DNA of 64,000 nucleotides from Selaginella moellendorffii (GCF_000143415.4 NW_003314286.1:573766-637765), one strand, 5' to 3'; positions 11,771 through 25,523 are shown, counted from the stretch's first letter. Notes: a model not told the origin generated them from the sequence alone. Translations and numbers: made by a program.

Positions 11771-12334
11771 ATGGTCGAAGTCTACACTGCGGCTTGCAAC
11801 ACAGGTTGTTCAACAGGATGGGACGAAGAACAGGATAGGTTGGTCTACCTCGCAAATTGTGAATACAAAGCCGATGCATTCGTCGCAAGCAGCCTCGTGG
11901 ACATGTGGAAGCATCAGAAGTGTTCAGGAGGACAAATAAACATGACGTTGGTTGCCTGGAACATGATCATCATGGGACAGCACGTCTTCTATCAGATGCA
12001 ACGAGAAGCTGGCCTGCCTCCAAACGCTGAGACTTTGCATGGAGTAGCAAAACATCGTTTCCTGGGATATGCTGAGAACAACCTTTGCTCTTGAGTGCTA
12101 TGAGCAAGCCAGCAGCCAAACGCTCAGACTTTCATGGTGGCGCTCAAGGCACACAGCGACTTAGCAGAGAAGAGGCTCCACTCACAGATCTGGGAGAGAA
12201 ATCTGGATGGAATCCACTACTCAGCATGCTTGCTCAATGAGAGAAAAGCTTATCTCAGGAGGTTGGTAAACTTTGCAAGGAAAGAGTGTGATGCAAGGTT
12301 GATGGAGCTGTGCATAAAACCCAAACAAATATAG
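11771..12334 (+). pseudogene. Highly degenerate PPR fragment
   Basis: DAFVASSLVDM, LVAWNMII, FYQMQREAGLPPN and PNAQTFMVALKA motifs, with deletions and stops. Confidence 0.7.
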
Positions 12335-12899
12335 CACCTGAAAAGACTCAAAAGGATCTTAGCTGGCACACCATGGTGAAGGATAAAAAATATGAGAGAC
12401 AATACTTATCTCTTCAGTAGTATCATTCATTGAGTATTTTAATTGATCAATGGTTATAAACATATTTATAATTTATAAGTCAAGATTAATATTATTCCAT
12501 ATGAATAGTAGAATAAACAAGAATATACTAGAAAGTGTTTAGGAAATATTATAAATTATAAATAAAAAGATTAATCTAAATGAACAACAACTATTAGCTA
12601 TTAAAATATCCTAGAATCTCCAAGCATATTTAAATATAGTCAATACTGCTACAGGTTTGCTTAAGCAAACCAATTATAGATTTATAGTGTTTGGTTACCT
12701 TAAATCTGTACAAGCCTATTCACAAACGTATTTACATTAGTATATTTAACTTTTTTCATTAGTGTATATGGGATTTAATTTTCTCCAAGATTTTATTGTA
12801 GATTAGATGTTATATTCTTCTTTCAACCATGCCCTGTACATATATACCAACTTTATAATTACAATTCAAGTTCTTTAAATCTTTCTTGATTTCATATTA

Positions 12900-13915
12900 G
12901 TAGATGAGAAACAACAAACATATGAGATTACAAATACTTGGTCAAAGGAAGCAAAGACAACATACTCAAAGGCATTATAATTAAAAGTAAAAGATCAACG
13001 TTAAGCAGTAATACCATCATCACGAGTATATGATTCTCATTTATGGAAGTGACACTGTAAATAGAAAGCTTTACAACAAAGTTGCAATTATACATAATTT
13101 TTTAAATGTTAAAATTCTAGAGTATTTTATCCTTTGCATAGGATGGATTCAAGTGTTAAACTTTGGATTCATTATAACATCTGAATATGAGGTGAAAAAA
13201 ATAGATATAGATATTGTATTTGAAATTAAAATAAATTTTATATATAAATGACATTGAAAACAATATAGGGCATTTCTTAAAACTACACTAAAAATGTAAT
13301 GAAAGCATAATATAGATATATAACTTTAATAATTAGTATAAGTACTAATTATTAGATATTAAAATAATAATTTTTTCTCTAAATTAGGTGATAATGAAAA
13401 GCCTCTATCAAATAGCAACTATTGCCCATAAAATTTAGATACTTAAATTACTAATTTTAAAATACCTGTTTAATAAACATATTACAGCTAAAACCTTAAT
13501 AAAATATTCTTTAGTGTATAAAAATATTTTTGTGAACTCCTTTATTTAAGTTCTCTTTATTAGAAAATCCTTTTATATAGAGCATAATCCTTGATGGTAA
13601 TAGTTATTTAAGAGAAATGTTATTTTAAGTTCTTTTTTGAACAACGCATACCATGTTGGAATAAAATTTTCAACACCACAAATGTTTTACAGTTTCATGA
13701 GTAATGAAGCGTAAAAAAATTAAGGAGGCATTAGAATTATGTATAATAGTGGCAAAAATAAAATTTTAATTATTTGAAAGAGGAGTTGCCTTCTCTATCA
13801 AGAGTAGAGTTACATGAACATATAGAGAAATGCATTCGAGGTGAATACCATGATAAGAAAACTGATTGTGCTAAAGTTTAAAAAGTACAAACACTTTAAA
13901 AGATTTAAACAAGTA
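12900..13915. repeat. AT-rich dispersed repeat family, copy 2
   Basis: 12900-13560 matches ~8620-9330; 13600-13915 matches ~7250-7570. Confidence 0.7.
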
Positions 13916-14977
13916 ATTAGCAAAAGCACCAACTTCCACCCAATGAGTCAAGTTGTCAGAAGCAATAATAACATACTCATTGCCAATAATTAATCATGGA
14001 AAAGGTCTTATAAGATGAAACGCCACCAATTTAAATGGACGGGAAATTGCAATTGACTCCAACTGTCTTTTCGAGGCACGAGGTGGAGTATTATAAGCTT
14101 GGCATCAAATGTAGATATGCACATACCAAATAACATCACGTTGCATCTTCAGTTAATAGAAATACCTGTGCAGCTTTTCAATCACACAACGATATCCTAT
14201 ATGCTCTTCTAGAATAAGAAAATCATATTAGGCATGGAGAAACCATAGAATAAAGATAGAAGGCACCACCAACTGTAAAGGATCATTAAAATCTATCCCC
14301 ACAAAATAAAAAAAGTTGTCTTCAAAGTGATATTGAGAATGTAAATGCTAGAATGGCAAGTTATCAGTAAGTGATGCAAAATTCTCAAACCCATCTTAAA
14401 GTATTTGAATCCACAGCTTAATCTTTTGAGCCTTGCAAACCTCATCAAGAGAAGGTAAATTTTGTTCTGCACCTTATGGATACTGAATGTCAAGTATAAC
14501 AACCGCCGACAGCATAAAATCCTTGTCTAGAAAATTCACAAATGCTGGAACAACAGACTTGCTAAAAACATGAGAAGAAATAGAAGAAGGAAGAAGAGCT
14601 CAAGAAAGGGTATTAACATTAGCCATAGAACTCCCTAGATGATGAACAACATCAAAATCAAATATCTGAAGCTTCAAAGCCCACCGAGCAATATAATCAA
14701 CTAGGTTCTTCCACTTCAATAATGAAGTAACGGCAGCATGATCACCTTCAAGTAACATCCGAGAACCATGTAGATATGCATGAAGTTTCTCAGAATCCTA
14801 GACTGCTACTAAACACTCTTTCTTTGTCGTGGAGTAGTTCACCTCCGCTAGTTGTAATGTACGGTTTATATATACAATGGGATGGCACCGACCAAGCACA
14901 CTCAGGCTTTTTTGCATCAACACACTTCTAAGATTAATATAAAAAACATCCATGCACAAAATAAAAGGTCAAGTGTA

Positions 14978-15884
14978 TGTCGCGAATGTGACTTCGGGTA
15001 TCGAAAGATACTTGTCAGCCAGTGGCACTCTTTCCTTACTGCCATGACGGCAGGAGATCGGTACTGCTGGTTCCTTTCAGTAGCCCCTCTTGTCCAAGTG
15101 TTAGTTTACTAGGCTTAGCATTTGTACTTAACTAGATGAACATAAGGTAGGAACTCTTATGTGTTTCTAGCTGAGCATTCTCGGCTTGGCTCTTAATTAT
15201 CTTTTGCTTTGTTTTGCATTGGCTTGGTAAAAACCCTTGCGTATTGAGACTAGTCCCTCAATATCGCTAGATGATAGCTTACCGTGTCTGCCAAACACTC
15301 TCGCTATCACGCCCTTTGTGTTGGTCTCATTTCGGTCCCAAATGCTATTTATGGAAAGTGTCTAGATTCACTCATTTGGCATATCTATGGAATGTAGAGA
15401 TTGGCCCGAACACAATGGTGTTTATCCCGTGTCCAAATTCGCAATCTAGCACCATTCCATATTTAGTAAATTTCGAGTTTATCCCAAAGATTAACTCCTG
15501 GTTTTAAGGGAGGCTTGGGGTGAAAGCCCAAAGCGTGTGTTCCTCAAAGGGGGGGCTGTAGGGGGTTCCAAATGTATAGTAAGGATAGTGGTTGGAATGC
15601 ATGTTTGACCACCTGAGACATTAGTTTGGCTCCTGCTGGGCTGTGTCGCTCCTTGTTCTGCGTCCAGCTTGGGTCTAAGCCCAAGCTCCACGCTGCTCTA
15701 GTCGGTGGGGTACCCTCCTCCTTGCGTTAGGCCACCGGTATGCCAAAATTGTGTCAAACTTCGTCTGACACCATTTTGCGTGCAGGTGCTGGATACGGGG
15801 AGCTGGTGCTCGTGGGATTGTACTAGACCCTCGTTTCGTTGCGTAACGGGCTTGGAGTTTGGCTCCAAATTCAGGTGCGCTACA
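14978..15884 (+). repeat. 5' LTR of chromovirus
   Basis: TGTCGCGAATG...GCGCTACA, followed by degenerate tRNA-iMet PBS TGGTATTAAAG (15887-15897). Confidence 0.95.
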
Positions 15885-16064
15885 TTTGGTATTAAAGAAA
15901 TTGTCTCAGCGATTCCTATCCAGCTTTTGTCAGATTTTCTGACTCAAGTTGCATACGTAGAGACTTTTCTAGTAGATCCAAAGCGACATGTGTAGGATTA
16001 GTTGGATAGCACTATTCGGTAAGAACATTGTATGCATGTTCAGTTACTGATAGAGGCATGCATG

Positions 16065-18247
16065 CAGCTAGTAAGATGGTGAAGAGGAACCGTGCTGATG
16101 ACGCTGAAACCTCTAGACAGGCGAATTGAGAGGAGGAAACTCCTGCTAGAGATGCTACGGAAGAGGTTGAGGCCAAGTCGAAAGAGGAAGAGCCAGATGC
16201 TGTGGCATTGCAGCGTACGGCTCAGGAAGTCGAGATTGAGAATTTGCAAAGGGAGATTCACAAATTGAAGAAGGAGAGCAAAAAGAGGAAGAAAGAAGTT
16301 GAGGCAGCTAAACCAGCTAACCTTAAGCAACCGGACTCCTCTTTAAGTTCTGAGGACGATGAAGTTCTGCAGCTGCCCCCGGTTGCACGAGTTTCAAAGT
16401 TCAAGCCTCCGAAACCACTCAACTTCAAAGGCATGCGGGACTATTAAGTTTTGGAAGACTGGGTCTACGATATGGAAAACTATTTTATAGCGGCAGACAT
16501 AGATGATCATACGAAAGTTGCGTGCGCGCAATCCTTTCTCACTGATCATGCCAAAACTTGGTGGCGCCAGGTGTGTGTTGAAAAAGGGCAAACTAGAAGT
16601 TGGACCAAGATGCGGTCTTGTATCCGTAAGGAATACTTGCTAGATGATCTTGGTCTGAGACTTCGCACAGAGCTGTGGTGGTTAAAGCAGCAAGGGGATC
16701 TCATGTATTACGTTAATGCGTTTGCTCAGAAGTGCATTATGATTGCAAATATGAGTGACGAAGATGCTCGGAGTTATTTTCTGGAGGGTTTAAGTTCACT
16801 TTCTCGCAATGAGATTTTGAAGTTTAAACCAAAGACGTACTTGGAGTGTAAGGAGGCAGCGCAGCAAGTTGCCTTTAGTCACTCGCTCATGGAACAATAT
16901 CAGCAACCGTATGTTGGTAACTCGGATAAGAATAAAAATTCTGGGAATAAACAAGGTGATCGGAAACAAAGAGTGGAAAGCAGGTTCCGCCCTGGAGGCT
17001 CACAAGCAATAGTTAACAAAGGTGGTGGTGGTTGGAGACCACTAGCAGCTTCTTTTGGTCCTAGGCCCTCTGTTCCTCCTCCTGATGGGTACAAGCAACA
17101 GCAACCTGCAAAACTTGCTCCTAGCGGAACGGGTAGTGTGGGTCATTGCTTCCATTGTGGAGAGTCGGGACATAGGTCCTCAGAATGTCCCAACAAACAT
17201 AAGACAAGGTCTCGAGTTAATGTCATGAGGGAAGACGGTGGTGGTGAAGTTGAAGGGGTTGACGAGTTGGTCAATGCAGACTATGAGGAAGAAGAGGTGA
17301 GTAACTTTCATTGTTTTCCTCAAGCTTTTCTTGCAGTCAATGCAAACACTGATCCGTTGATGTATCTGGTAGGCTTTGTCCATGGACACCGAATCCAAGT
17401 GATGATTGACACGGGAGTTACGCACAGCGTGATATCCGAAGACTTAGTTAAGTTGTTAGGATTGAATGCTGAGCAAATGTCACCTATGCACTTCCGGTTT
17501 GTGGAAGGTGGGCAAGTAGCTAGAAATTTTGTGAGTGATGTTCCAATAAAGATATCCAAGTGGAAAGAAAGAGTGGACTTGGTAGTGTTGAAGATACCAG
17601 ATTTTCAAATGGTGTTTGGTATGGACTTCTTTAACAAATATATAAAAGAGATTTATGGTGTTGGATAAAGTCATATCATGTTGAAGTCCAAAGGACGTCC
17701 CAATGTGTCCTTTCAATTGCAAAAGTGTTCCTCAAAGGATTGGGATGCAAAGTTCTTGACTGCGAGGGCCGCTCAAAAAGTAGCTAAGAAAGGATGTCGA
17801 ACCTTTTGGGTTCAAGTGATGGAAGTTGAGGGTATTGGTGACTCAATTCGAATTGGTGACGGAGTCGATCCTGTACCAAAGAAGATATTGGAGTTGTTGG
17901 CGCGAAATCAGGATATCTTCCCGAAGGATTTGCCACCAGGGCTACCCCCTAGCCGCGAGGTTGATCATCGGATTGAGGTTATTCCAGGTTCTAAACCACC
18001 TACGAAAGCTCTATATCGGTTGAACATCAAAGAGATGGCTGAACTCGAGAAGCAACTCACAGAGCTTCTTGACAAAAGTCATATCCGACCAAGCAAATCA
18101 CTTTATGGAGCGCCAGTCCTTTTTGTTATGAAAAAGGATGGAACCATGAGGATGTGTATTAACTATCGGGCACTCAACAAGATCACGGTTAAGAACAATT
18201 ACCCTTTGTCTTGCATTGATGACTTTGTGGTCTTCTCGAAGAGATGA
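16065..18247 (+). pseudogene. gag-protease-RT(N-terminal) pseudogene
   Basis: Gag (FKGMRD..EDW..MENYF..AKTWW), CFHCGESGHRSSEC knuckle, protease MIDTG, RT start ([33 protein letters not shown]). Stops present; RT broken at ~18247. Start coordinate approximate. Confidence 0.9.
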
Positions 18248-18249
18248 TC

Positions 18250-19095
18250 TCAGATAGGGATTTGAGGTTTATGGGGAAGTTTTGGGGCACACTGTTCCAG
18301 CTGTTTGGTACCAAGCTGAAATTTAGTACGGCTTATTAGCCTCAGACTGATGGGTAGACCGAACGCGTGAATGCTTAAGTTGAGGATTATCTGCGGTACT
18401 ATGTCGCGGCGGACCAATGCGACTGGGTTGAGCATTTAGACACAACAGAAATCTGTTATAACAACACATTTCATAGCACTATCAACTGTTCTCTGTGGGA
18501 GATGTTGCAAGGAAATGCTCGCGGAGTGCCTCAACAGATTGTTGTACCGAAACCAATGTCCGAAGTGTTGGTCCCAGCCGTTGAAACTTATGCGGAGCAG
18601 CTACGCCAAGGTTGGTCTAGAGCTACTGAGGCGATGGGCAAAGCTCAGGATAGGTATCGACGAGATAAGGATCAGCATCGTTAGGATGTGTCCTATCAAG
18701 TGGGAGATTAGGTGTGGCTATCTTCCCGGAACTTGAACCTTAAGGGTTCTCTGTCTCAGAAGCTCTTGCTGAGATATATTAGACCCTATTGGGTGTTAAA
18801 ATGCATTGGTGATGTATCCTATAAGTTGGATCTTCCAAATGAGTTATCTCAACTCCATGATGTGTTTCATGTCAGTTTACTGGCACCATATCATGCTGCT
18901 ATAGAGCGCTCTACAGATGTGCGTCCTCCACCAGTGATCGTGGATGGTGAACTTGAGTATAAAGCTGAGTCTATCTTGGATTCTTAGTTTCGGAGATGGG
19001 CTCATGCGAAGGAATATCTAGTTAAGTGGAAAGGTTACCCGACTTGTGAATCAACTTGGGAACCTCTTAGTAATCTTAACCATGCTCGTGAGAAT
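18250..19095 (+). pseudogene. Integrase C-terminus, GPY/F module and chromodomain remnant
   Basis: KLLLRYIRPYWV..YKLDLP..HDVFHVSLL and EYKAESILDS*..EYLVKWKGYPTCESTWEP. Confidence 0.85.
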
Positions 19096-19719
19096 AGTAA
19101 TAAAAACTAGCTTTTGTAAATCTTGTAATAAATCTTGCAAATCAATAAAGTAATCTATTTTTATAAATCAACAGTGTCGTTTCTCTCGTTCATTAGTAAT
19201 TGGGTCAGTTTTGGCAGGTTGACTTTGACACTTCGGTGCATGGGTTCAATCCATAACCATGGGGATAACTATTATAGACTGATCACAAGTCCCCACCTCT
19301 CTCTCAATGACTCACTTTTGAAATGGGGCGTGGTCGTGTAAACAACTTACTCTGCCAGTTTATAATAGTTGTCTAAATCTTCCCGACGGGGTTGATTTCT
19401 TACTCAGGGGTAGTTGGGCCTCTGGCCTTCTCCCTATGTCCTTGTGGGCAGAGATGTATCATTCCTTTGTAAGTCGAGTGGTACTCGGAGCAGCAAGGGT
19501 GGCTAGTTTCGTTAGTCATTTCCTTGTCGGTGACAGCCGGAGGGTGTTTGAGTCTTAACGTCTTTGGACGTAGAGGAGAGGTCGTTCCATAACTCATTTA
19601 AGTTGGTGTGTTTCCCAAATAGTGTGCTTTCCGTTAACTTTCGGAGTTGTTTCCTTGACGGTTTGCTAGACTCGGGTATGCATCGACGAGGACGTCAATC
19701 TTCCCTAAGAGGGGGAGAG

Positions 19720-20738
19720 TGTAGCAAATGTGACTTCAGGTATTGAAAAATACTTGTCGGGCAGCCCTTACGGGCACTCTTTCTTTACTGCCATGACGGC
19801 AGAAAATCGGTACTACTGGTTCCTTTCAGTAGCCTCTCTTGTCCAAGTGTTAGTTTACTGGGCTTAGCATCTGTTAGGAACTCCTATGTGTTTCTAGCTG
19901 AGCATTCTTAGCTTAGCTCTTAGTTCTCTTTTGCTTTGTCTTGCATTGGCTTGGCAAAAACCCTCGCGTATTAAGACTAGTCCCTCAATATCGCTGTATG
20001 ATAGCTTACCATGTCTACCAAACACTCTTGCTATCACGCCTTTTGTGTTAGTCTCATTTTTGGTTCCAAATGCTATTTATGGAAAGTGTCTAGATTCGTT
20101 CATTTGGCATATCTATGGAATGTAGAGATTGGCCCGAACACAATGGTGTTCGTCCCGTCTCCAAATTCGCAATCTAGCACCATTCCATATTTAGTAAGTT
20201 TCGAGTTTATCCCAAAGACTAACTTCTGGTACTAAGGGAGGCTTGGGATGAAAGCCCAAAGTGTGTGTTCCTCAAGGGGGGGGGGGGGGGGGNNNNNNNN
20301 NNNNNNNNNNNNNNNNNNNNNNNNNNNNNNNNNNNNNNNNNNNNNNNNNNNNNNNNNNNNNNNNNNNNNNNNNNNNNNNNNNNNNNNNNNNNGTTGGGGA
20401 AAGGGGAGGCTGTAGGGGGTTCCAAATGTATAGTAGGGATAGTGGTTGGAATGCATGTCCGACCACCTGAGACATTAGTTTGGCTCCTGCTGGGCTGTGT
20501 CGCTCCTTGTTCTGCGTCCAGCTTGGGTCTAAGCCCAAGCTCCACGCTGCTCTAGTCGGTGGGGTACCCTCCTCCTCGCGTTAGGCCACCGGTATGCCAA
20601 AATTGTGTCAAACTCCGTCTGACACCATTTTGCGTGCAGGTGCTGGATACGGGGAGCTGGTACTTGTGGGATTGTACTGAACCCTTGTTTCGTAGTGCAA
20701 CAGGCTTGGAGTTTGGCTCCAAATTCATGTGCGCTACA
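19720..20738 (+). repeat. 3' LTR of chromovirus (contains poly-G and N gap 20293-20391)
   Basis: Matches the 5' LTR; ends GCGCTACA followed by the TSD. Confidence 0.95.
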
Positions 20739-20905
20739 GTGTAGTTAGGATATGCCAAAACCAAAGGAGTTGTCAATATCTCTTTGAGATCCACAAACAC
20801 CTGCTCAGAATCCGAAGACCAAATGAAAAATGATATTGATGACTTTAGCAACACTTACAACGGTGCAGTGCGATTAGAAAGATGATCCACAAAACGACCG
20901 GGATA

Positions 20906-21711
20906 CTACACCTTGCCCAGGAAGTGCTGCATATCATTCACACACTTTGGAGTAGGGAACTTTAGAATAACCACAAGTTTGTCATGATCAACTTGCAAAC
21001 CCTCACGAGAAATACAGTACCCAAGATAAGTCATATCTTTGGACCCAAACATGCACTTCGACTGCTTCAACTTTAAACCAACATGCCATATCTGATCCAA
21101 CACTTTAGAAACATCATGAATGTGCTCCTCCCACATCTCCTTAGAGTGGATCAAGACATCATCAATAAAGTCAGAAGTCATCTCCAATATATTGCAAAAA
21201 ACCTCATCCATCATCCACTGAAAAGTTGCAGGAGCATTGTTTAAACCAAACGGCATCACCAAGAACTCATACAAACCAAATAGTGTATAAAAAGCAGTCT
21301 TAGGAATATCTTCTTCGGCCATCGGTACTTGCCAATAACCAGAAGCAAGATCTAGCTTGGTGAACTAATGACTTCACCTCAGACAATCCAAGATCAGCCG
21401 TGTAAGGAAGAGGGTACACATCCGGGATTGTCACTTCGTTTAACGGACAATAGTCAATGCAGAAATAAATACTCCCATCAGACTTCATCACAAGATGAAG
21501 TTCACATTTCTAAGGACTCCACGACATCTGAATAATACCCTTTTCCAACATCTCCTTGACATTTGCACGTAAAAATCTTGATCTCTTTAGGTGACCGACA
21601 ACAAACAGAAACCTTGATTGGATGAGCATCCCCGGTTGGAATCGGATGACATGTGGCAATCTTGGCCCTAGACAATAGGTCAAATTCAAAGAGATCAAAA
21701 TACTCCTTCAT
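20906..21711 (-). pseudogene. Reverse transcriptase pseudogene (family C)
   Basis: FCIDYCPLNEVTIPDVYPLP, PKTAF, MPFGLNNAPATFQ, DFIDDVLIH; frameshifted. Confidence 0.9.
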
Positions 21712-23472
21712 GAGCCGGTCAGCTACTGTAACACAAAGATTGTCGGAGGGATCGGAAAGAGATCACAACAAGATGGAAACATAGGAGGAAGTAGTGGGGG
21801 AACAAAAGAAATGGAAGCAGAGGTAGAAATAAAGGGACGAAGAGTACGAAAGTGAGAGAAATGGATAAAATATAAAGAAATATGAGACAAGGGGGAGAAG
21901 CCTCAAAGTCACACTTGGCATGATTGCGCTACAACCAATCTATACCAAGGATGAAGTCAAAAACTTGACTTGGCACCACCCACAATGATTGTAACCCAAG
22001 CTCGAAATTGCCCACACGCACAATTAGGTTTGCCTCATCCTGTGCATATGCATATGTACAGCCATTGCCATAAACAATGAAAACTGGCTCCACTGCATGA
22101 CACAAGTGTAGATGGCAACATGTGGCAATAGGTTAAGCAATAGAAGATAAACTTGAACCTATATCAACCAACACAAAAAGAATAATAGAACACCGCTTGT
22201 TATAAAAATAAGCTTGGAAAGTAAACATTGGATAAACTGATGCCGAATGAACCCCTTGATAATACTTTCGAAAGAAATATGGAAAGGTCACTAACTTATT
22301 TGTGTAAGGTCCCTTCATTACTCGCGCAACTCCTTATTTCTCGGATGCATCTCAGTGTCCAAACCTTCCACTGCAGCAACACTAACAAGATGTTGTTGAC
22401 GCCAAAGTGTCCACTTAGGAAATGGTGTCTGCCAATTTAGAAAACACTGACAACGCCAATAAGTGTGACTAACTTCATCACACGCCCAACAACAAATATC
22501 ACGGCCACAACCACGGCCTCGCCCTTGTCCTTGGACTTGAGCAGTAGCAGCATCAACCTCCATTGGAACATGACCATCACCCACAGGAAGTGGAGCTAAA
22601 GGATGTGAAATGAGAAGTGGAAGAGGCAACGTTTCATAATGTTGTGCCAAACGAAGAGCATTGTCAAGGGTGGCGGGAGCAAGTGCATGCATAAGTTTGA
22701 CAAGATCTTAATGAAGTGCTAGCCACAACATTCTTAGCTTGATCCGCTTCGACATATTTGGCTCCGCACGAAACAAGAGGCTTCAGAAACGAATGCTAAA
22801 TTGCATCATTACTCAAATAGCCTTTGACGAAGACAATGCAATTGTTGGAAAGCATCATCACAATCGTTGGCATGTTCAAATGCGTGTTAAAAGACATCTA
22901 GGAGAATATTCCAATCCCTACAAGTGGCTACATTTAAACCATTGTACCACTGCAACATTGTCCCTTAGAGACATGTGGGAAACTCACGCAAACGTCAAAC
23001 ATCATCCCAAAAATGATATATGGCAATCACTGTGAAGTGATCAAACCAATGGTACACATCATCCCCAGGATTCCTGCGAAAGAACTCTGGCTGAATACAA
23101 GGATTAGAACTAAGAACAAGAGGAGTTGTACTATGTGCCATATATGCCACCATCAATTGAGTTTAGTTGTTCAATTGCAATCACATCGCATCAAGTAATT
23201 GTACCAACTGCTACTCCAAAGTCAAAAGAGGAGGAGATTGCTAATTTGCCATGAAGATGAATGAAAAGGAAAAAGCAAAAGAAGAGAGATAAAAAAGGTT
23301 AAAAGAAAAGGGAGATCTAGACAATGCAAAAAGCTAAATCTTGAAAGGAAAGAACAAAAGAAAGGAAATGGAAAAAATTAGATCTAGACAATATAAAAGT
23401 TATATCCAAACTAAAAATCCCAAATTTGAGCACTCCTCAGGGACAATCAAAAGTGCCCTTCATCTCCACCAA

Positions 23473-23635
23473 TGTGAGTGCATGAAATATAAAAAGGGAA
23501 TAGAGAAAATGTGCATATTAATTAGCCCAAAAACCTTAGTTTATATATAAGGATTGAAACCAATCTGACGGCTACAAAAATCCCACTATGTTAATATTAG
23601 TATACGGCATCATAGCCATACACTTGGACCTCACA
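23473..23635 (-). repeat. Short (~163 bp) 5' LTR of family C with tRNA-Ala-like PBS
   Basis: TGTGAG..CTCACA termini; minus-strand TGGTGGAGATG at 23461-23471. Homologs at 33721-33897 and 46933-47096. Confidence 0.75.
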
Positions 23636-24758
23636 AGATCTAGATATTATTTAAATTACTATTTTGTTTAAAATACATGTTTGCCACTAAAACATTAAGA
23701 AAATATTCTTTAGTGTACCAAAATATTTTTAAAATATTCTTAATGACTCCTTTTGTTGACTTGGCTCTCTTTATTAGCAGATCCGCTTGAAAGTACATTA
23801 AGTTGTACACTCTTGAGGTCAATAGGAAGGTATTGATTTCCTTATTACAACTTACAAGTTCTAAAGGCATTGATTTGGTTTTTATACAAGATCCAGGTAG
23901 GACAACATGCTTAGAATACAAGGAATGGAGAGAGGCCACCTTGAAACAAAATCCATCACTTAGTAAGCTTTTAATAATTAGTTTTTTTGAATTGATCAAG
24001 TGTGCCCAATATCTCTATTTGTTTGTTCAAAGGCTATGAGAGGCCAAATGCATTTAAACTTTGAAAGAATGTAAAGGTGATGTTTCCAATTTTGAAATTT
24101 TGTAAGAAAAAAAAGTTACTCATTTTAAAAGACGTTTAGCTATACAATTATGTAGCTAAATATGTTTACTAGCAAACCAAAATATCGATTATTGGATCAT
24201 TCCAGGCGTTTTGAGCGATTTTACTGGTGTTGACCTTTGGGGGAGCTATGGATGGATGTTGCACCGTGAGACCATCAAAACAGCAATGGATAGACATTTA
24301 TCTTGTGTTCCTTTTTCCCACTTTTTTGCAAAAGGAAGTAGTTTGTGCACGCTGATGGCTTGTGTCTCCATGAGCTCCATGACTTGCATTTAATGAATGC
24401 CAAGTTTCCAGAGGTTTGAAAAGTGATGAGTAAAAAAGTTTTGTTCACTACATTAGGATTGAGCTTAAAAAGGAGTTGCCATCAAATTAAAGTTGTTTTC
24501 TCTTTTGGAAATATTTGTATCTAGAGCATGTCGTGATTGTGAGATTAAATTGCTGTTCACATCTAGGTTTGGGCTCTTTGGCATGCTCAAGCCCGATGGC
24601 ACCCTTGCTGACAATCCACAGCGTCACCAGCTCTCGAGTCCACTCATTTTTTTTTTCACAAAGCCAAAAGTACCTCTTTATTTTTTCAAAGTCAAGGGTT
24701 AAGTTATAATCTTTCTCGCTTGGATTTTTCTATTGTCGAAGCTCTCGTCAGGTAAGCT

Positions 24759-25523
24759 ATGGTCTCTCGCGCTCACGCTGCCCCAATGCTTGCCCGCTGA
24801 GCTCAAGCGCCCTGGCATGGCAGCCATCACCGAGCTTCACACCCGCGAGCTCCAGCTCTAGCTCCAGCACATCCAGCACACCACCATGGACACCAAGGCC
24901 ATGAGCCAGCACCAGCTTTAGCTCCAGTTCTTCAAGGTGACACTCCAGATCGAGCCCCAGCGCCAGCTGCTTTCGTTCACCCTGCTCACGGCCACCCTGC
25001 TTATCTAGCTCCAGCGCCTGCTATCCTCAATCATGCTCGCCACCACCATCCAGCTCCAGCAGCAGCAGTGTACCATCATCATCACGGTGATGGAGCTCCT
25101 CTGGTTGTTCACCACCATCACCATGGTCACCACCATGGTCACCACCATGGAGGACGCCACAACCACCACCACCACCACCACCATCATCGCGACGGTCATG
25201 ACGCAGCAGTGGCCACACCAACACCCGCAGCAGTAGTTACAGTGGTTCGGAGGACGCCGTGGTCGCTGCTCCAGCTTCTTCTTTGGGTTTTGGTTGCGAT
25301 CTTGGTGCTGCTCGCGTGCTTTTTGCTCGTGCGATGGATGTTATCTCGAAGGAAGCAGCACAGTAATGTGATCTTTCAGGATCCCGGGTGGCAGATCGAA
25401 GTTGTGGTGGACGATCCTCCGACTGAGAAGATACAGCTGGAAGCTCACACTTGTGGTTTGTACAGCAATGGCACTCTAGGATTCTCCTCAAAGTGTCCTG
25501 CCAACACTGGCAGTGACGCGTAA
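24759..25523 (+). pseudogene. His/Ala/Pro-rich single-pass membrane protein, copy 2 (premature TGA at codon 14)
   Basis: 255-codon frame from ATG 24759; TGA 24798-24800 where copy 1 has CGA. APA repeats, poly-His tracts, TM WSLLQLLLWVLVAILVLLACFLLV followed by RWMLSRRK. Confidence 0.65.

Larger units (their letters stand above)
10010..12619 (+). repeat. Segmental duplication unit, copy 1
   Basis: Near-identical to 24185-26810 and 35258-36933. Confidence 0.95.
14978..20738 (+). mobile_element. Ty3/Gypsy chromovirus (family A), internally deleted, both LTRs, TSD GTGTA
   Basis: TSD GTGTA at 14973-14977 and 20739-20743; TG..CA LTRs; PBS; PPT AAGAGGGGGAGAG before 19720; gag-PR-RT-IN-chromodomain order. 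Confidence 0.95.
13918..23635 (-). mobile_element. Old degenerate Ty3/Gypsy element (family C), interrupted by a chromovirus
   Basis: LTR 23473-23635 (TGTGAG..CTCACA), gag/knuckle (CWACDEVSHTYWRC), protease (LVDIGSS), RT (PKTAF..FLVMPFGLNNAPATFQ..FIDD), RNase H and integrase remnants at 13920-14977. Paralog at 43488-47096. Confidence 0.85.

Noticed and set aside
12605-12620. CTAG at the end of the duplicated unit as a Helitron 3' end
   Set aside because: Followed by A rather than T, no GC-rich hairpin upstream, and homology continues past it.
23461-23471. tmRNA/tRNA 3' end (TCCACCA) as a phage attachment site
   Set aside because: Position 1 bp from an LTR terminus is better explained as a retroelement PBS.
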